Source: Phoronis australis (Eukaryota > Animalia > Phoronida). Taken from it: DNA of 64,000 nt. The notes beneath the pieces are model-generated. The model was not told the DNA's origin, did not search any database, and saw only the letters and a list, made by a program, of their open reading frames with translations. This document shows positions 13,675 through 32,500 of this stretch, piece after piece. A program made the position numbers and the translations under genes. Location: NCBI GenBank assembly GCA_002633005.1, contig NMRA01000037.1, positions 592,703 to 656,702 of the forward strand, given 5' to 3'. Each line of letters begins with the position of its first letter. Positions within the stretch are counted from its first letter, which is position 1.

Positions 13675-16533
13675 GTATAACCACCATAAAAAATCGCCAG
13701 ACGCCTGCGTTCCGCAGACCCGCCCAAGAAAATCGCGAGGACGCAAGACTTCGTGAGATAGCATCATACATTTCACTCGAAGTACGCGATAGCACTAGCT
13801 TTACTCGCTAAATTTTCGAGTCAATGGAACACAGCTTACGTCGCCAAGTTTTCGGTGATGTCACCGCAAGTTTACGCGTCCCAAAATGCATTTCGGGAAG
13901 ATAACAGTAGCATCGTCGATGAGATTCCACAAATTTGAACTCCTAAAATGCCCGAAACTCACAAACATTTGTACAACGGTTTGTCAGAGTTAAACTGAGA
14001 TGCACCTTCAATTATTTTCCAACTGAACTTACGTTTTATTTGACACTTGCAAGCGAGTCTTACGTGTCTATCCAAATCCACCATCCAGATAAACACCCAA
14101 CCCTGAATTTTCAAAAATTTCAGACGTGGTCAATCCAAGACGTTCTTTTGTAAGAATCGTCATTCACATAATCTGTATAGTGGAGATTAAATCCCTGCGA
14201 ATGCTTTTGGGCGGGACCCTCACTACGCTGCGCGAACTTAACGCCCTGAACTTTTAAGGGGCCACAAAGCTGGAGTAATACATGACCAAGTAAACTGTAC
14301 TAGGCAGACCAATAATTATCCACACACCTATTTTCCAGTGTTTCGCACCTGCGCCTTTAGGTCCAAGCTCTCGCCCATAATAATAATCAAAACAATAAAT
14401 CTCGCCTACGCCACCGACCTCACCTTTCCTCTTCGCAACTGTGTTGCTGCCCAATTGTTTGTTGCAATTTTCTGTCGAACACTTCCGACAATAATTTACT
14501 CGCAGTGTGGAAACGACTTACGTTCACTGTTATGCTAACAAACATTTATTAAGGTGAGACAATATTTTTAGCAATCATTCTATTACTCTAGTCGCATTTT
14601 TTCAAAGACCAGATCTCCATCCCTGACGTGGGGAGCCAACTAAATTTTCGGCGATTATACGACCGTTATTTGTCGGCGTGCTAAACTCTCCAACTACACA
14701 AAAATATTGGAGTAATGCGCCAGAGCAATTAAGACACAAGACTCGCATGCGCTAGTTTGGGAGTCAAATGATATGTCAGGGTTGGCTGGTACCCACAGAG
14801 TCGGCGATGGTCACTGACCACAAGTTTCTTGCCACCGGCCCTACATAATGCATTAAATAGACTATGCAAAATTACAATAGCATAATGCTGAAAACAGCGG
14901 GTAATCGCGAGCCCTGTTGAAACACATCGTATTATCACAGGCTAAACGGAGTGAAAGGCCAAGTCGTTCTCTTGTGAGGCCACTTTGAGTTATGCAATTT
15001 TGGAGTTAAAGCTGACCCCAGGCACCCAGGTAGAGTTCAATAGCTGTCTTGCAAGTAGAAACATCTAGCCAAAATCTCGTGTTCTTATTAAAATAGGCTA
15101 CAAATGCTCACGTAATCGCACGAAGTCTTGCTTAATAGTGACACCCTGGCGTAGTAGGTCCTAGCTTTATTGTACTCTGCACCGGTGTACGGGGAAAAGG
15201 GACATTACTCGTAACAGGGAAAAAATGACATTATATATCCTGATAATTAAGATTCGTCTGTCTACATTTGTCGGGAGAGTTAGATGCAAAAGTGAAAGCA
15301 GACAACATCCCGGACACCGCCCCCTCCGTTTAGCCAAAACGGCTAATAAAACAATGGAAAATAGAGAGAGATCACGATACTTAATTTCATTACTATTCTT
15401 CTGCCCATTGTTTGTGACACAGAATTCTCTCTTGCCTCAACTTCTAAAAAGCTGGATCTGAAGTGCGTTCAGTAGACGTTAGGACCTACGCTAGGACCTA
15501 GGTAAAACCTAGTCAAAGTCACGTGTTCTCATTAAAAATACACGGCAATAGTCACGTAATCTCGCGAAGTCTTGCTTTTTAGCGAGGTCCTAGCGTTACT
15601 GAACGGGAGGCTGGTCTCCATAGGTACACGGTCAAGAGTACAGTTAGTCATGATATTACTGGGAGGCGTTTTGTAAGGCTTGAATTGTTCCCTTATATTT
15701 TCTCGTAAACATCGAACTTGGCTCACGCGGTGGGTGAATGACTGACAGCCACCGGGAGTCCATGAACAAAAAGTTCTCATTGCCCAACGTGACACATCAC
15801 CTGGTGTTCCCCACGTTATTGTGAAATAAACGCGGTAAGTGTTGTGACTCAAATGTTCTGTTGTTGCCGTTTAGTATGGGTGATTTTTAAACGAAAACGT
15901 GGGACAAATGGTTGCGTACATGTCCTGCATCGTAGATGGAGTGGTCAATAGTATTTTAAAGGGGAATCCCCTTATTCCGATGACGAAATTTTCACTTTGC
16001 ATTGTGATTGGTTTTAACATTTAACTTGAGACCCCTATTTCAGCATAATTTGGTATGATTCGCAGTGCAAATTCGCGTATAAAATGGGCCTCACACGCTC
16101 AGATTACGGATTCTACAGGGTTTCCTTGCTATCTGGTAAGTCTCACCATTTTGACTCTATGGGGTCTAGTTTCTCAACTCTTAACTTTAGGATCAACTTT
16201 AGCTTACAAATTCTTCATTTGCTTGGCTTTGGTGACTTAGGCGATTTCGGAGGCGTCCAAACTAATTGAGGTTTCCATGGAAACAGAAGCTGCTAATGAT
16301 GTATTGCAAGTTTGCAGATTTGTATTTTATGTTTAACGCATAATAAACTAATTATATATGTCTACTTCTCTCATGTTTCACTCACTATTAAGTTGTCACC
16401 ATGGATCTCTCGTATGCGATACGAACGAATGAGAAAGTTCATAACGATGCAATTATTTTTTTCGGCTTCGAACAGTCGAAATTTAGATACTCAGTAGATT
16501 GGTGCTGGTCGCTCTACCGATTCCAGTTACATT

Positions 16534-18340
16534 TGGTGCCGGTGGCCCGGAAGAACCCGTGGTGATAATTTTTACTTACTTCCAGAACTTCCCTATCTCT
16601 AATTAAGTTCGCATCCTAGTATGACGAATGGAACAGAAACTTTTTCTTGTCTTGACCAAGACGCCGGGTGTATGACTGGCTACGGTACTATCGCCAATCG
16701 ATGATTACCTCTTAATTAACACCTGCTGATGAAATGTTTTAAGAAATATTTTTCATTTTTTATTCGAATATTCCGTAGGGAAGTTGAGCTTGTCTAGTAA
16801 TTCATTGTTCGGTATGTTCCGCATGATTCTGGTTCCGGTTTTTTGTAATCCAGTATTTTTCTTTGCAATTCAAACACTTAGTAGCTTGGTAGTATTATTC
16901 CTTAAATCCATGATTGTTCGAGCGGTAATTTACTCTGATTATTTTCTCTGGTTACTCGTGGTCCTTGCTTGTTTTGTTCTGATTTACGCAGTGGCCAATT
17001 TCGTGGAAAGGGTTGCACAATATTTAACTCCTGTCAGGCGTTAAAAATACATAGACCCCAGAGCCTTTGACCACCAAGACGTAAACAATATGATTGTTGG
17101 GAATGTTCACCATTCTCCGAACAACCCCTTACTGACGCACCATGACCGCAGTGTGAGAACGTATGTTGACGAATTACGACCAGCTTGACATTGTCTTCAG
17201 CCTAGCCAAATGACTCCAAAGGGAGCGAGGAGTGGGTTGTTTCATTGAGCAGTTCGAACTTGTTTCTGGATGGAATACAGTGTAATTTTACTTGGCCACC
17301 GAAAAAGCGATTCAGTAATTGTGGGTTAAACGACTGGCACTCAGTGTTTTGTCGGAAATTGCGGAAGACTGAGGAATTAGCCGATTATTAATCTCTCAAA
17401 TACCTTTTTGACACAGATTCAATGACCCCGAGCGGACACCTGTGAGTTTCCTCGCGCAAACGGGACAACGGAGAAAGGGCGGCAGATTTTGGGCGGATCT
17501 GGCTGCGAAGGCTTACCATAGCCTTGATAATTTCTCTGGGAAACTTTTAATTATTGAACAGCTCATTTCGGGATTGGGCGATGAGTTAATGAAACGCCAT
17601 GTTCAATTCAATCCCCACAACCACGGACACCGCCATTATGATAGCTGTAGCAGTGGTGTTTGAGGCGTTTGAGGGTTCTCAAACGTTGAGGAAACCCGCT
17701 GACGGAGATCGCGTCATGGCCATTGGGGCCCGGAGCGCAAAATGCTCGATTCAGTAGAATGGAAAGAGAACGACGAGACTTGCAAGCCGAGCTAGGGTGC
17801 TTTCGCAAGGTACTAGACGTAACCTGTTTTTCGTGTATTGAAATCGCCAACAACAACAAGTTACAACAACAACAACAACAGTCGTCGCCTGGAGATGGCT
17901 CACATCAATCAGCTAGCATGGTCGCCAAACTAGTTTGGACTTAATCCGAGACCGGGGTTTCAGTCGGATGTTGATTCATTAGCAGGTTGTCTGTTTGTGA
18001 ATGTAGATAGTAAGGAATTTGAAGCATTGTATATGATGGTGTGTCGGCACTGACAATTATTTCTAGATCTGTGTTCCACCAGTTGAATGACTTGGGTTCG
18101 CGAGACTTGCGCGCCATTTCCCGCCAAAATATTATTGATGCTAGCGGTAACGTGATCAGAGATTATGGTGAGATAGAAATTATTATGGGTTTGGATTGCT
18201 GCACGCTTTCAAATTTTCTTAACAAAGATATCTTATCGGTCAGGGGGCGAGAATTTCTTCTGCACCATATAGAAATGTTCGTTTCAGCAGGGTTGTCATC
18301 CCGAGGGTTGAGCGTTCTGAGATTATTCCTTCAGTAGGCT
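16534..18340 (+). mobile_element. Degenerate Ty3/Gypsy internal region (PBS, gag, protease relic)
   Basis: LTR-end-like ...GTTACA followed by a tRNA-His-like PBS TGGTGCCG at 16534. Gag-like fragments FIEQFELVSGWN (~17241) and LAAKAY...LIIEQLISGL (17442-17663); protease-like region SALTIISRSVF...GEIEIIMG (18041-18337). Confidence 0.5.
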
Positions 18341-18640
18341 CAGTAAATTCGGAAGAGCGTGGCGTAGGGCCGAGTGGTGTCGTAAATGACCTAAACCAAA
18401 AAGTTGTGGAAGTCCAGTGGTCCAGTTACAGCAAATAAAAAACCGCACGGAGACCCGTTTACGGCCGTTTAATGATTAGAAGGATACCAAACTCGGTTTT
18501 TTTCTTATTAACAGATACTTAAAATGACATTGCCATCTATTTCTCCCTAAGGGAGTTACACAACAACTGTAGCGAAAGACTGTCCACCAAGAAAGTAGTA
18601 TAGTAAGAGGTTTTGGACGCCCGTTTGGGAGGGTCTCGGT

Positions 18641-18760
18641 CCAAGGTCATCCATGTGAAAGGAAAAGGTCAAAGGTCACGTGGGATAACTGCAATCGGAA
18701 GGAACACCATCCGCCTACCGGACGGAAGTGTCAATGACGTCACACCTCATGACGTGATGA
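18641..18760 (+). promoter_or_regulatory. Candidate promoter/enhancer motif cluster upstream of myophilin
   Basis: AGGTCA-A-AGGTCA DR1 (18666-18678) overlapping a CACGTG E-box; ETS core CGGAAGTG (18723-18730); palindromic CRE TGACGTCA (18735-18742) and TGACGTGA (18750-18757). About 1 kb before the first coding exon. Confidence 0.35.
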
Positions 18761-19708
18761 GCCTCGTTAGAGAGGCACCTCGATATACGTTTTGCGGCTC
18801 CTAGCAACGGATCGAGAATCGAAACGTACAAAAGGGGGATGACGCTGCTGAATAGAACAAAACTTATTTCGTGTGCGCCAGGTGTCGTCGTTGTATATTG
18901 TTTGTTGTGTCTCATATATCAAAAACAAAGGCGTATACAAAAGGGGATAACCACCCAACTCAACAACAGATGTCGCGTAAAGTCTAATCCAGGCCCCGAC
19001 GGTACTAAGCGAATCGTACTCATAATACTAATAATAAGAAGCGACCAGCTAACACAGAACATAAAACTGATAGCGTTTAATCGTCTATTAATGACAAACC
19101 AACACTACAAAAATCATCATTCGAATACACTACAAAAATCATCAGGACGTTCAGGAAAGTAGTCTATAGCAAATTTATCAAATGTCGGAATTATATGTTC
19201 AAAGGTCCAGTGGTGACGCCGTCGTGGAACACTCGTCTTTTGGAATAAAAGTAGGTGAACGCGCACCTCTCTTGCAGGTAGGTATACATGGTGTTGGAAA
19301 TAGTCTGATCAACTAAGAGAGAAAAGAAACTTTTCATGTTCACCCGAGAATTAATTACTAACAGCATACAACATTGAATCAAGACGGATGAATGCGAAGT
19401 GTGACGTCAAGTTTTCGTTCACAAATATAAACAAAGCACCGTCTGAGCTTTGGCAAATCTTACATAATCATCGTGTAAAGTTTGGGAAGACCCAAACACT
19501 TGGCATACACGCGTCGCAAATAAATGATCGTCTATATATTATCAGGTGCTACGTAACGTGTACATAAAGACCTCGAACGCCGGCGATATAGTAAACGGAA
19601 TAGAGATGGCCGATTATACAAACTTTATGGGTTATTACACGGTTGTATTTGCCATTTGACGCTAATTTTGTGGTATAAACGACAATATTTCTATTTTCAG
19701 ACATCGCA

Positions 19709-20770
19709 ATGGCGTCCAGGCCTAAGGGATACGGACTGACTGCCGAAGTTGCCCACAAGGTTTGTTCATATATACGGCTTTTCCACAGCCTGTAAGCATG
19801 TAACTGACGCGCCATCTATCGTTTAGGCAGGGAAGCAGGCAGTGTCCATGCAGACATTTAATTAATTACAATTGCAATTAAGAATTAAGTAACGTTGGTG
19901 ACTATGTTGTTATCATCTGATAGCATCATGGGTGAGAACTGCATTCTGCTGAACTGACGTTAACAACGGCGATACCTTGTTTTCGTTAATCTACTGCATA
20001 AAGTGTAATCTTTACTGTTTAAATTTAAAAACTTTTCTGGGTTTTGTAATCATTTATCATTTAAATATACAGGGTGTCTCAAAGTTGTGGGACATGTATT
20101 TAAACGGTTTTTGCTGGCACATTGTCAAAGTTTTTACTCCCATAGAGTTTGAAAATTACAACATTCTTCAAACGGATACCTCCGCCGCGTAATCATTCAT
20201 TTGTTCTGTATGCCATGGCAGCCATTACTTGGCCAAAATTTGAAAGGGGCGATTAGGGAAGCGGTATTTGAACGTTTCCATCTGTTGAAAGGATTGTTAA
20301 TGTCTCAGTTACAACGCTAGTCCAGCTGCTCTTCATGCTAGGCACACGTGAATGCTGATGGACTCTACAACATCTTACACAGTACGCCGACCTGTGGAGA
20401 CACTGAAACACCACTTCCTGAACCGCCTACTTTATCGTTTCATGCCATGATTTACCTGGGCTGAGGTCGGTGAACGCTGGAATCTCGCGAAAGATGTTAG
20501 TGTGATCACGTGCTCCTCTTGTAATACAAGACCATGTCTCGAAAAGTCTCGAGTGATCTTGCGTTTTCGCGAGGATTTCGCTGAACGCATGCCTGGTAAT
20601 TGTGGCAATAACCAAATCATGCCTCTTATTCATGTCCATTGCTGTCAGTGTCAGTGTGCTAAATATGATTTGATGCCTCCATGTTTGTTTTCCAGAAAGA
20701 CTCCAAATACGACCCAGAACTAGCCAAACAAATCATCGAATGGATCAATACGGTGTTGGGGGAGCAGTGC
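19709..20770 (+). CDS. Myophilin exons 1-2, copy A (likely alternative haplotype)
   Basis: Exons 19709-19759 (MASRPKGYGLTAEVAHK) and 20696-20770 (KDSKYDPELAKQIIEWINTVLGEQC), both with AG/GT boundaries. Confidence 0.75.
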
Positions 20771-21764
20771 GTACGTAATATCTTTGCCCATGTTTGCGAC
20801 TACCGTGGAAACACTTTCTTATAGATTGAACAGTTTTACATCTGTAACTGTTGTTGAAATTAACACCTGCGTCTTAAAATGCTTTGTGCACACTAATAAT
20901 TCTTATTTTTACCATAAATGTGATTATTCTTCATTACGAGGTGCTGCTTGTAGTAAATACAGGATATTGACTAATTTCGGGACTTTGCGGCATCTCGTAA
21001 GGAACGAAACGTGTAAATGCATTGGCTGTCGTATTTATTATGTACTTCGATCATTTACTTTAAATAGCTGAATTTCGAAAAAGCTGCGCCATATTGAAAT
21101 TCACTCAGTATTCCGGCAGACGACTATCAAGTCTTTGTTGGACAGACGTTCAGCGCCACCTACAGTTCTCATGTAATGCGGACGGTATAAACAGCGTTTT
21201 AACACGGTTACACCTTTCTTGCTATCATAATGAAGGCAAATTTCACTGATGTACGGTGGAATGTACTTNCCAGTGGTGACGCCGTCGTCGAACACTCGTC
21301 TTTTGGGATAAAAGTAGGTGAACGCGCACCTCTCTTGCAGGTAGGTATACATGGTGTTGGAAATAGTCTGATCAACTGAGAGAAAAGAAACTTTCATGTA
21401 CACCCGAGAATTACTAACAGCATACAAAATTGAATCAAGACGGATGAATGCGAAGTGTGACGTCAAGTTTTCGTTCACAAATATAAACAAAGCACCGTCT
21501 GAGCTTTGACAAATCTTGCATAATCATCGTGTAAAGTTTGGGCTGACCCAAACACTTGGCATACAAGCGTCGCAAATAAATGATCGTCTATATATTATTA
21601 GGTGCTACGTAACGTGTACATAAGGACCTCGAACGCCGGCGATATAGTAAACGGAATAGAGATGGCCGATTATACAAACTTTATGGGTTATTACGCGGTT
21701 GTATTTGCCATTTGACGCTAATATTGTGGTATAAACGACAATATTTCTATTTTCAGACATCGCA

Positions 21765-27850
<6,086 letters not shown>

Positions 27851-28653
27851 AGACCACAGACGCTTACAGAGGACATGGCGAAAGGAGCGGACCTTATGTT
27901 ATGTACACTTCCTACTTCTACCGTTGCCACTCAATGACACGAAAAGCGGAATAGCGATCTTCGTCTTTCAATTCTCTTTGTAAACCGTAACCTAACGAGT
28001 TTGCCAATTATTTCGTTCATCTTTCCATGGTTTATTTTTTATTTTCGATAGTTATGGTTGGTGAAACGTTTTGAGCTACTGTCATTGTTATAAAAATTAA
28101 TACAAGTTTACAGAGAACTTCCCAGTATTGCATTTAGTTTCCCGTGGTCAGGGTTATCAGACGTCGAGCACAAAACCTAAGACAAATTCCTCAAAATACA
28201 CACCACTGAAAATTGCAGTCTTCGCTTTCTGTCAAAAACTTTTGGCTCTTGTTACCAGCTGTTGTAAAACTGGTCTCATTTGCTCCGAAGATTAGAAGTG
28301 GTTTCAGGCTGAGCTTGTGAAGAACAGACAGTTCTTTGGTATTTCAGACCAGGATAGGTACCTTGTGCGTCCTTGGCCCATGCCAAATAATGCTTTTTTC
28401 ACAAAAAATACCCAAGTGTTTCGCACGAAGGCACATGCCTTAGACTTCACTTGTAGGGTGCCATTATACATCGCTTAAACAGCTGACGTTTGATTGAATA
28501 CCTCAATGTCAGTGTTTTGTCTAGTTTTACTCGTGTATTTCGAAACTTTGTTCCTTGATTTTACTGAAGTGTTTCCCAAGATAACGCGCATGCCCAATTC
28601 CTGATACGGACGAACACATGCAGCTTCAAATTTTAGCCCATGGACCTATGAAT

Positions 28654-28759
28654 CAGTGGCGGATCTAGGATATCACAAGGGGGGCCAAAATTTTGTCCGG
28701 CTGTAAGCATTTGCGCAAACCACGATTGTAGATGCGTAGAGCACCGAATTGGGGGGGGG
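28654..28759. mobile_element. Start of a CAGTGGCGGATC-TIR MITE running into the N gap
   Basis: CAGTGGCGGATCTAGGA terminus; reverse-complement match to 1-121. Confidence 0.7.
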
Positions 28760-29848
28760 NNNNNNNNNNNNNNNNNNNNNNNNNNNNNNNNNNNNNNNNN
28801 NNNNNNNNNNNNNNNNNNNNNNNNNNNNNNNNNNNNNNNNNNNNNNNNNNNNNNNNNNNNNNNNNNNNNNNNNNNNNNNNNNNNNNNNNNNNNNNNNNNN
28901 NNNNNNNNNNNNNNNNNNNNNNNNNNNNNNNNNNNNNNNNNNNNNNNNNNNNNNNNNNNNNNNNNNNNNNNNNNNNNNNNNNNNNNNNNNNNNNNNNNNN
29001 NNNNNNNNNNNNNNNNNNNNNNNNNNNNNNNNNNNNNNNNNNNNNNNNNNNNNNNNNNNNNNNNNNNNNNNNNNNNNNNNNNNNNNNNNNNNNNNNNNNN
29101 NNNNNNNNNNNNNNNNNTTACCACTACAACACCACGATTTCTTACCACACTTTTAATCGAGTTAACAATTACTCCCTCATCGGGGCTCATAATACACCGG
29201 AAGAGGTCAATTAGTGGAAAGGTCATCAAAAAATTAATGTGTAATTTCTCCTACAATTTTAAAGAATTCCTTTTCATATTGGTAAACGGGTTGCTGTCAG
29301 TAACTTCCCATAATAATTCCAGTAATACGCACGCGCAGAGTCCGTTATTGTCACTCCGTGACAATTATCTTTCTAGTTGTTTTATTGTTGAGCGCCGTCT
29401 GGCAGGTTTGTTCAAAAACACAAAATACTAAACAAGAAGCCATACAACTACGGAACATCTCCCCTCCGAGGTTTAACCCGTTTCGAAACGGTTGCCTTGT
29501 CTGGCCACTGGGGCTGAAGTTGATTGGGCATGGTCGGGATGTCAGGTCGGAGTTCGCGACCCATTAACAACTTGGACGGACTAAAACCAGTCGCTGAAAC
29601 TGGTGTGGACCTATAGCTTAACAAAGCCATCGCGGGATCGTTCTGTTGCAATATTTTATCAGCAATTGCAACACCACTCTTTCCGCTTGACCATTAGTCT
29701 GTGGGTTGTGAGGACTAACTGTGGTAAGAACAATACCATGCTCTGCAGCAAAACGCCTCATTGCTTCAGAATCAAACGGTGGACCATTGTCCGATACAAT
29801 TTCCTCTGGGATTCCAAAGCGCGCGAGCATTGCCTTTTCTTCTGCAAT

Positions 29849-32500
29849 AGCGGAGTTGCAATCGAATCGATTTAACGATTGCGCATGTCCGGAAATTAGG
29901 GTGCGCAAAGGCTATTGGGACTGATAAGGGTAAAGGTGGCACTGAATAGTTAGGCTGCGGCCGCGGCCAATTTGCACTCCCAAAATATAGAAATTTTGGG
30001 GTAGGCCAAGTTTGGGGGCATTTTGTAGGTGGACATTGCACGTAGGCTCAGTGAATGTGGTTTGTTTGTATTTGTGAACATGCTGTGAATAAAAAAGGCC
30101 ACTTTCTTGGCTGTAGCTGCACTCTTCTTCACGATGGCGGCCCCCGGCTGCAATTGTGCATTGTTGGGTAGCGACCGAGAAATTGGCTGTGATTTTAGGT
30201 AGCCCTCAAACAAGCAAGAATTGCAAAAAAACTAGTTGGTTGACAGTACTTTTGGACCACATTTTCTGAATCGGTAGAAAATTTGCTTTCAGACTCTAAG
30301 GTTGGTTTCAGTCGTGCATCGGCAGGGAAGTGGTGTTTTTCGGGTGAAAAGTGCCGATTTTGCAATTTTTTGCCCTTATTTTTCTTAGTCTAGCTTGGTT
30401 TTCAGTGGGAATGAAATGGTCAAAAATACAAGAAAGAATAAAGTTTCTGTGCTCATCTGCTGGGCTTTTTATGTGAAATAATTGAAAACATGCCATTCTT
30501 TGCATCCTGTTTTTGACAGAGTGAAGAAAAGGTTACAAATCAAGTGATGTGTGTTTTGCTAGGCAAAACCCAGTGAGAACTGTTCTGTGCCTCCAAATGG
30601 AATGGCCGATTGGTTTGCATGACGTGTGATTTGTGTGCATTAAACTACGCTGCTGTATGCAATTCTGCCGCTATTCGCCCTAATAAGCGCCCATGCCCCA
30701 ACAAGTGCCCCAACGCGTTTTTAGACTTTGCTAAAGTAAGCGCCCAGCCCATGAACTACATGCGAAAAATGCCCTTACCTACAGTTCTAACGTCTGCAAT
30801 TTATCAATTGAAAGATCCGACAGTCCTGAATTTGTAGACTACGAGCCTCACCGTTATGTCCGTATACACTTCAAACTTACGCCGCGATTCAAAAAGAACG
30901 CAGAAGTTTTGCTGCTCTTGCGAGGGATGTGCCCCACTACGCGGGTGTGGGCTTTGAAAAGAGATGCAGCGTACTTGTCAGCGGCCTTGCATTGTTTCTT
31001 TCCGGTACAGATCTTCTCCGGCCTCAACAGGAATCCAAACTTCTTTGTACACGCATGGACTAGTCTATAATCTATGGTACACATGAAAACCGTGAATCGA
31101 AGACTAATAAAAAAATCGACCAGTGTTAGCAAGCGCGCGCTGCATAATGTACCGGCTGTCATCGAAGACATTTAGTCGGGAACTATCTATTCATGAAACG
31201 GGTAACAAAGCATCGGCAAATAAATATTGGCACTAATTTCCGAAAGTTTCTAATACCGTAAAAAACTTTTGCAATTTTTAAGAGAAATTATTTAACTAAT
31301 CGTAATTGGTGTTTTTAAGGTCAAAATGACCCACTTCGCACCCTTAAACCCCACATCTTCCGGAAAATAGCTGTTACACTCCTGTCACGCATCCACTCAC
31401 CCGGCGACTCAATGAGTGACATATCGGTCTTACCGAAAAAATTCTCGAACGTTTTTTAGCAGATGAGGCCAGCAAGTGCTAAGCTAAACATTAAAACACG
31501 CTCTGCTTGACTACTTGACTTAATTTCTTTGGATACAATGCACACCTAGATCATTACATTACTCTGGCAAATGAACTCTGATGACAAGCACACGCACGCT
31601 TACTGTCACACACACGCATACAAACTTCAAAACAAACGTCACGTGACAACAACATTAGTGTGTTCCTCCAGAGATTTTTATCGTGTAGCGGGCTACAATC
31701 TAGCGCAGATTTGGACTTAATCTGCAGTTAATCCAGACTCCACAAGATCTTAAAAATCTTAGAGATGATATTTGGAAAACTTGAGGAGGATTTCAGGTAA
31801 TTTGTTGAGTCGAAGCTTTATTCTTATTCAAGAATTCAAGCCCTATCGACGATCGGCAAGATTTCGCCCTGGGACTTCCAACACAATTTTATGAAAACTG
31901 ATCGTAATTTAACAACGAATTTTGATAGCAATGCACCACAATTTTGTAGAAAGTAAATAATAATATTCTGCACGCTTTATCCTAGCGCGTAATACATATA
32001 GTGAGCGTACGTTAAGTGTGTTGACCCAGAACAGGTGATTGTGCACAGGGATTATCCTCAAAATTGCTCATGTTGGCTTGGTTCTGGTCAAGCGAAAACA
32101 AGTTTTTTTCACTACCAACCGCCGTAGAGTATTTTGTTACTGTTTCTTTGAAGGGGGGTATTGTTGGGCAGTTTCCAAGATATGTTTTCTTGCCGCCCTC
32201 AAAATGAGCGCTGCATACATTATGCTACCAAGTCGGAAAGAATTCACGAAGTCGGCCCGCTTTGCGACCAGCTCTACTAATGTCTCTGACCCATGTTTAA
32301 CGCAGTTCTTGATCCTTGGGAAACAGGTAGTAACTAATATTTTATATCTCGCTAACTGATATTATAGCATGCCAGGCACACAACACGTATAACCTCCCTG
32401 TGCCGGTTCGCCCCCACGCTTGCAGACGTACTTGTTTACCAGCTTAACCACAATGCAACATTCTGACCCATTTCCAATATGGCGGCGTTGCAACTCCGCT
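29849..32500. mobile_element. Non-autonomous DNA transposon (ISL2EU/PHIS-like) nested in the Gypsy integrase
   Basis: 13-bp TIRs AGCGGAGTTGCAA / TTGCAACTCCGCT flanked by AT on both sides. Removing the element plus one AT restores integrase ASRVIAEEKAMLARFG. Confidence 0.85.
30854..31171 (-). pseudogene. HIRAN-like transposon-associated ORF fragment
   Basis: ADKYAASLFK...VVGHIPRKSSKTSAFFLNRG resembles the DxxAV...VGHVPR pattern of HIRAN-fold proteins carried by invertebrate DNA transposons. A TAATAAGCGCCC terminal-like repeat lies nearby (~30680). Confidence 0.45.

Noticed and set aside
17848-17881. Poly-Q ORF 17723-17944
   Set aside because: It is a (CAA)n microsatellite within the decayed gag region, not a host gene.
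20070-20400. TA-CAGGGTG Tc1/mariner-like terminus in myophilin intron 1
   Set aside because: No matching second TIR or transposase was found, so the boundaries cannot be supported.
28633-29229. Long ORFs across 28.6-29.2 kb
   Set aside because: They are open only because of the N run.
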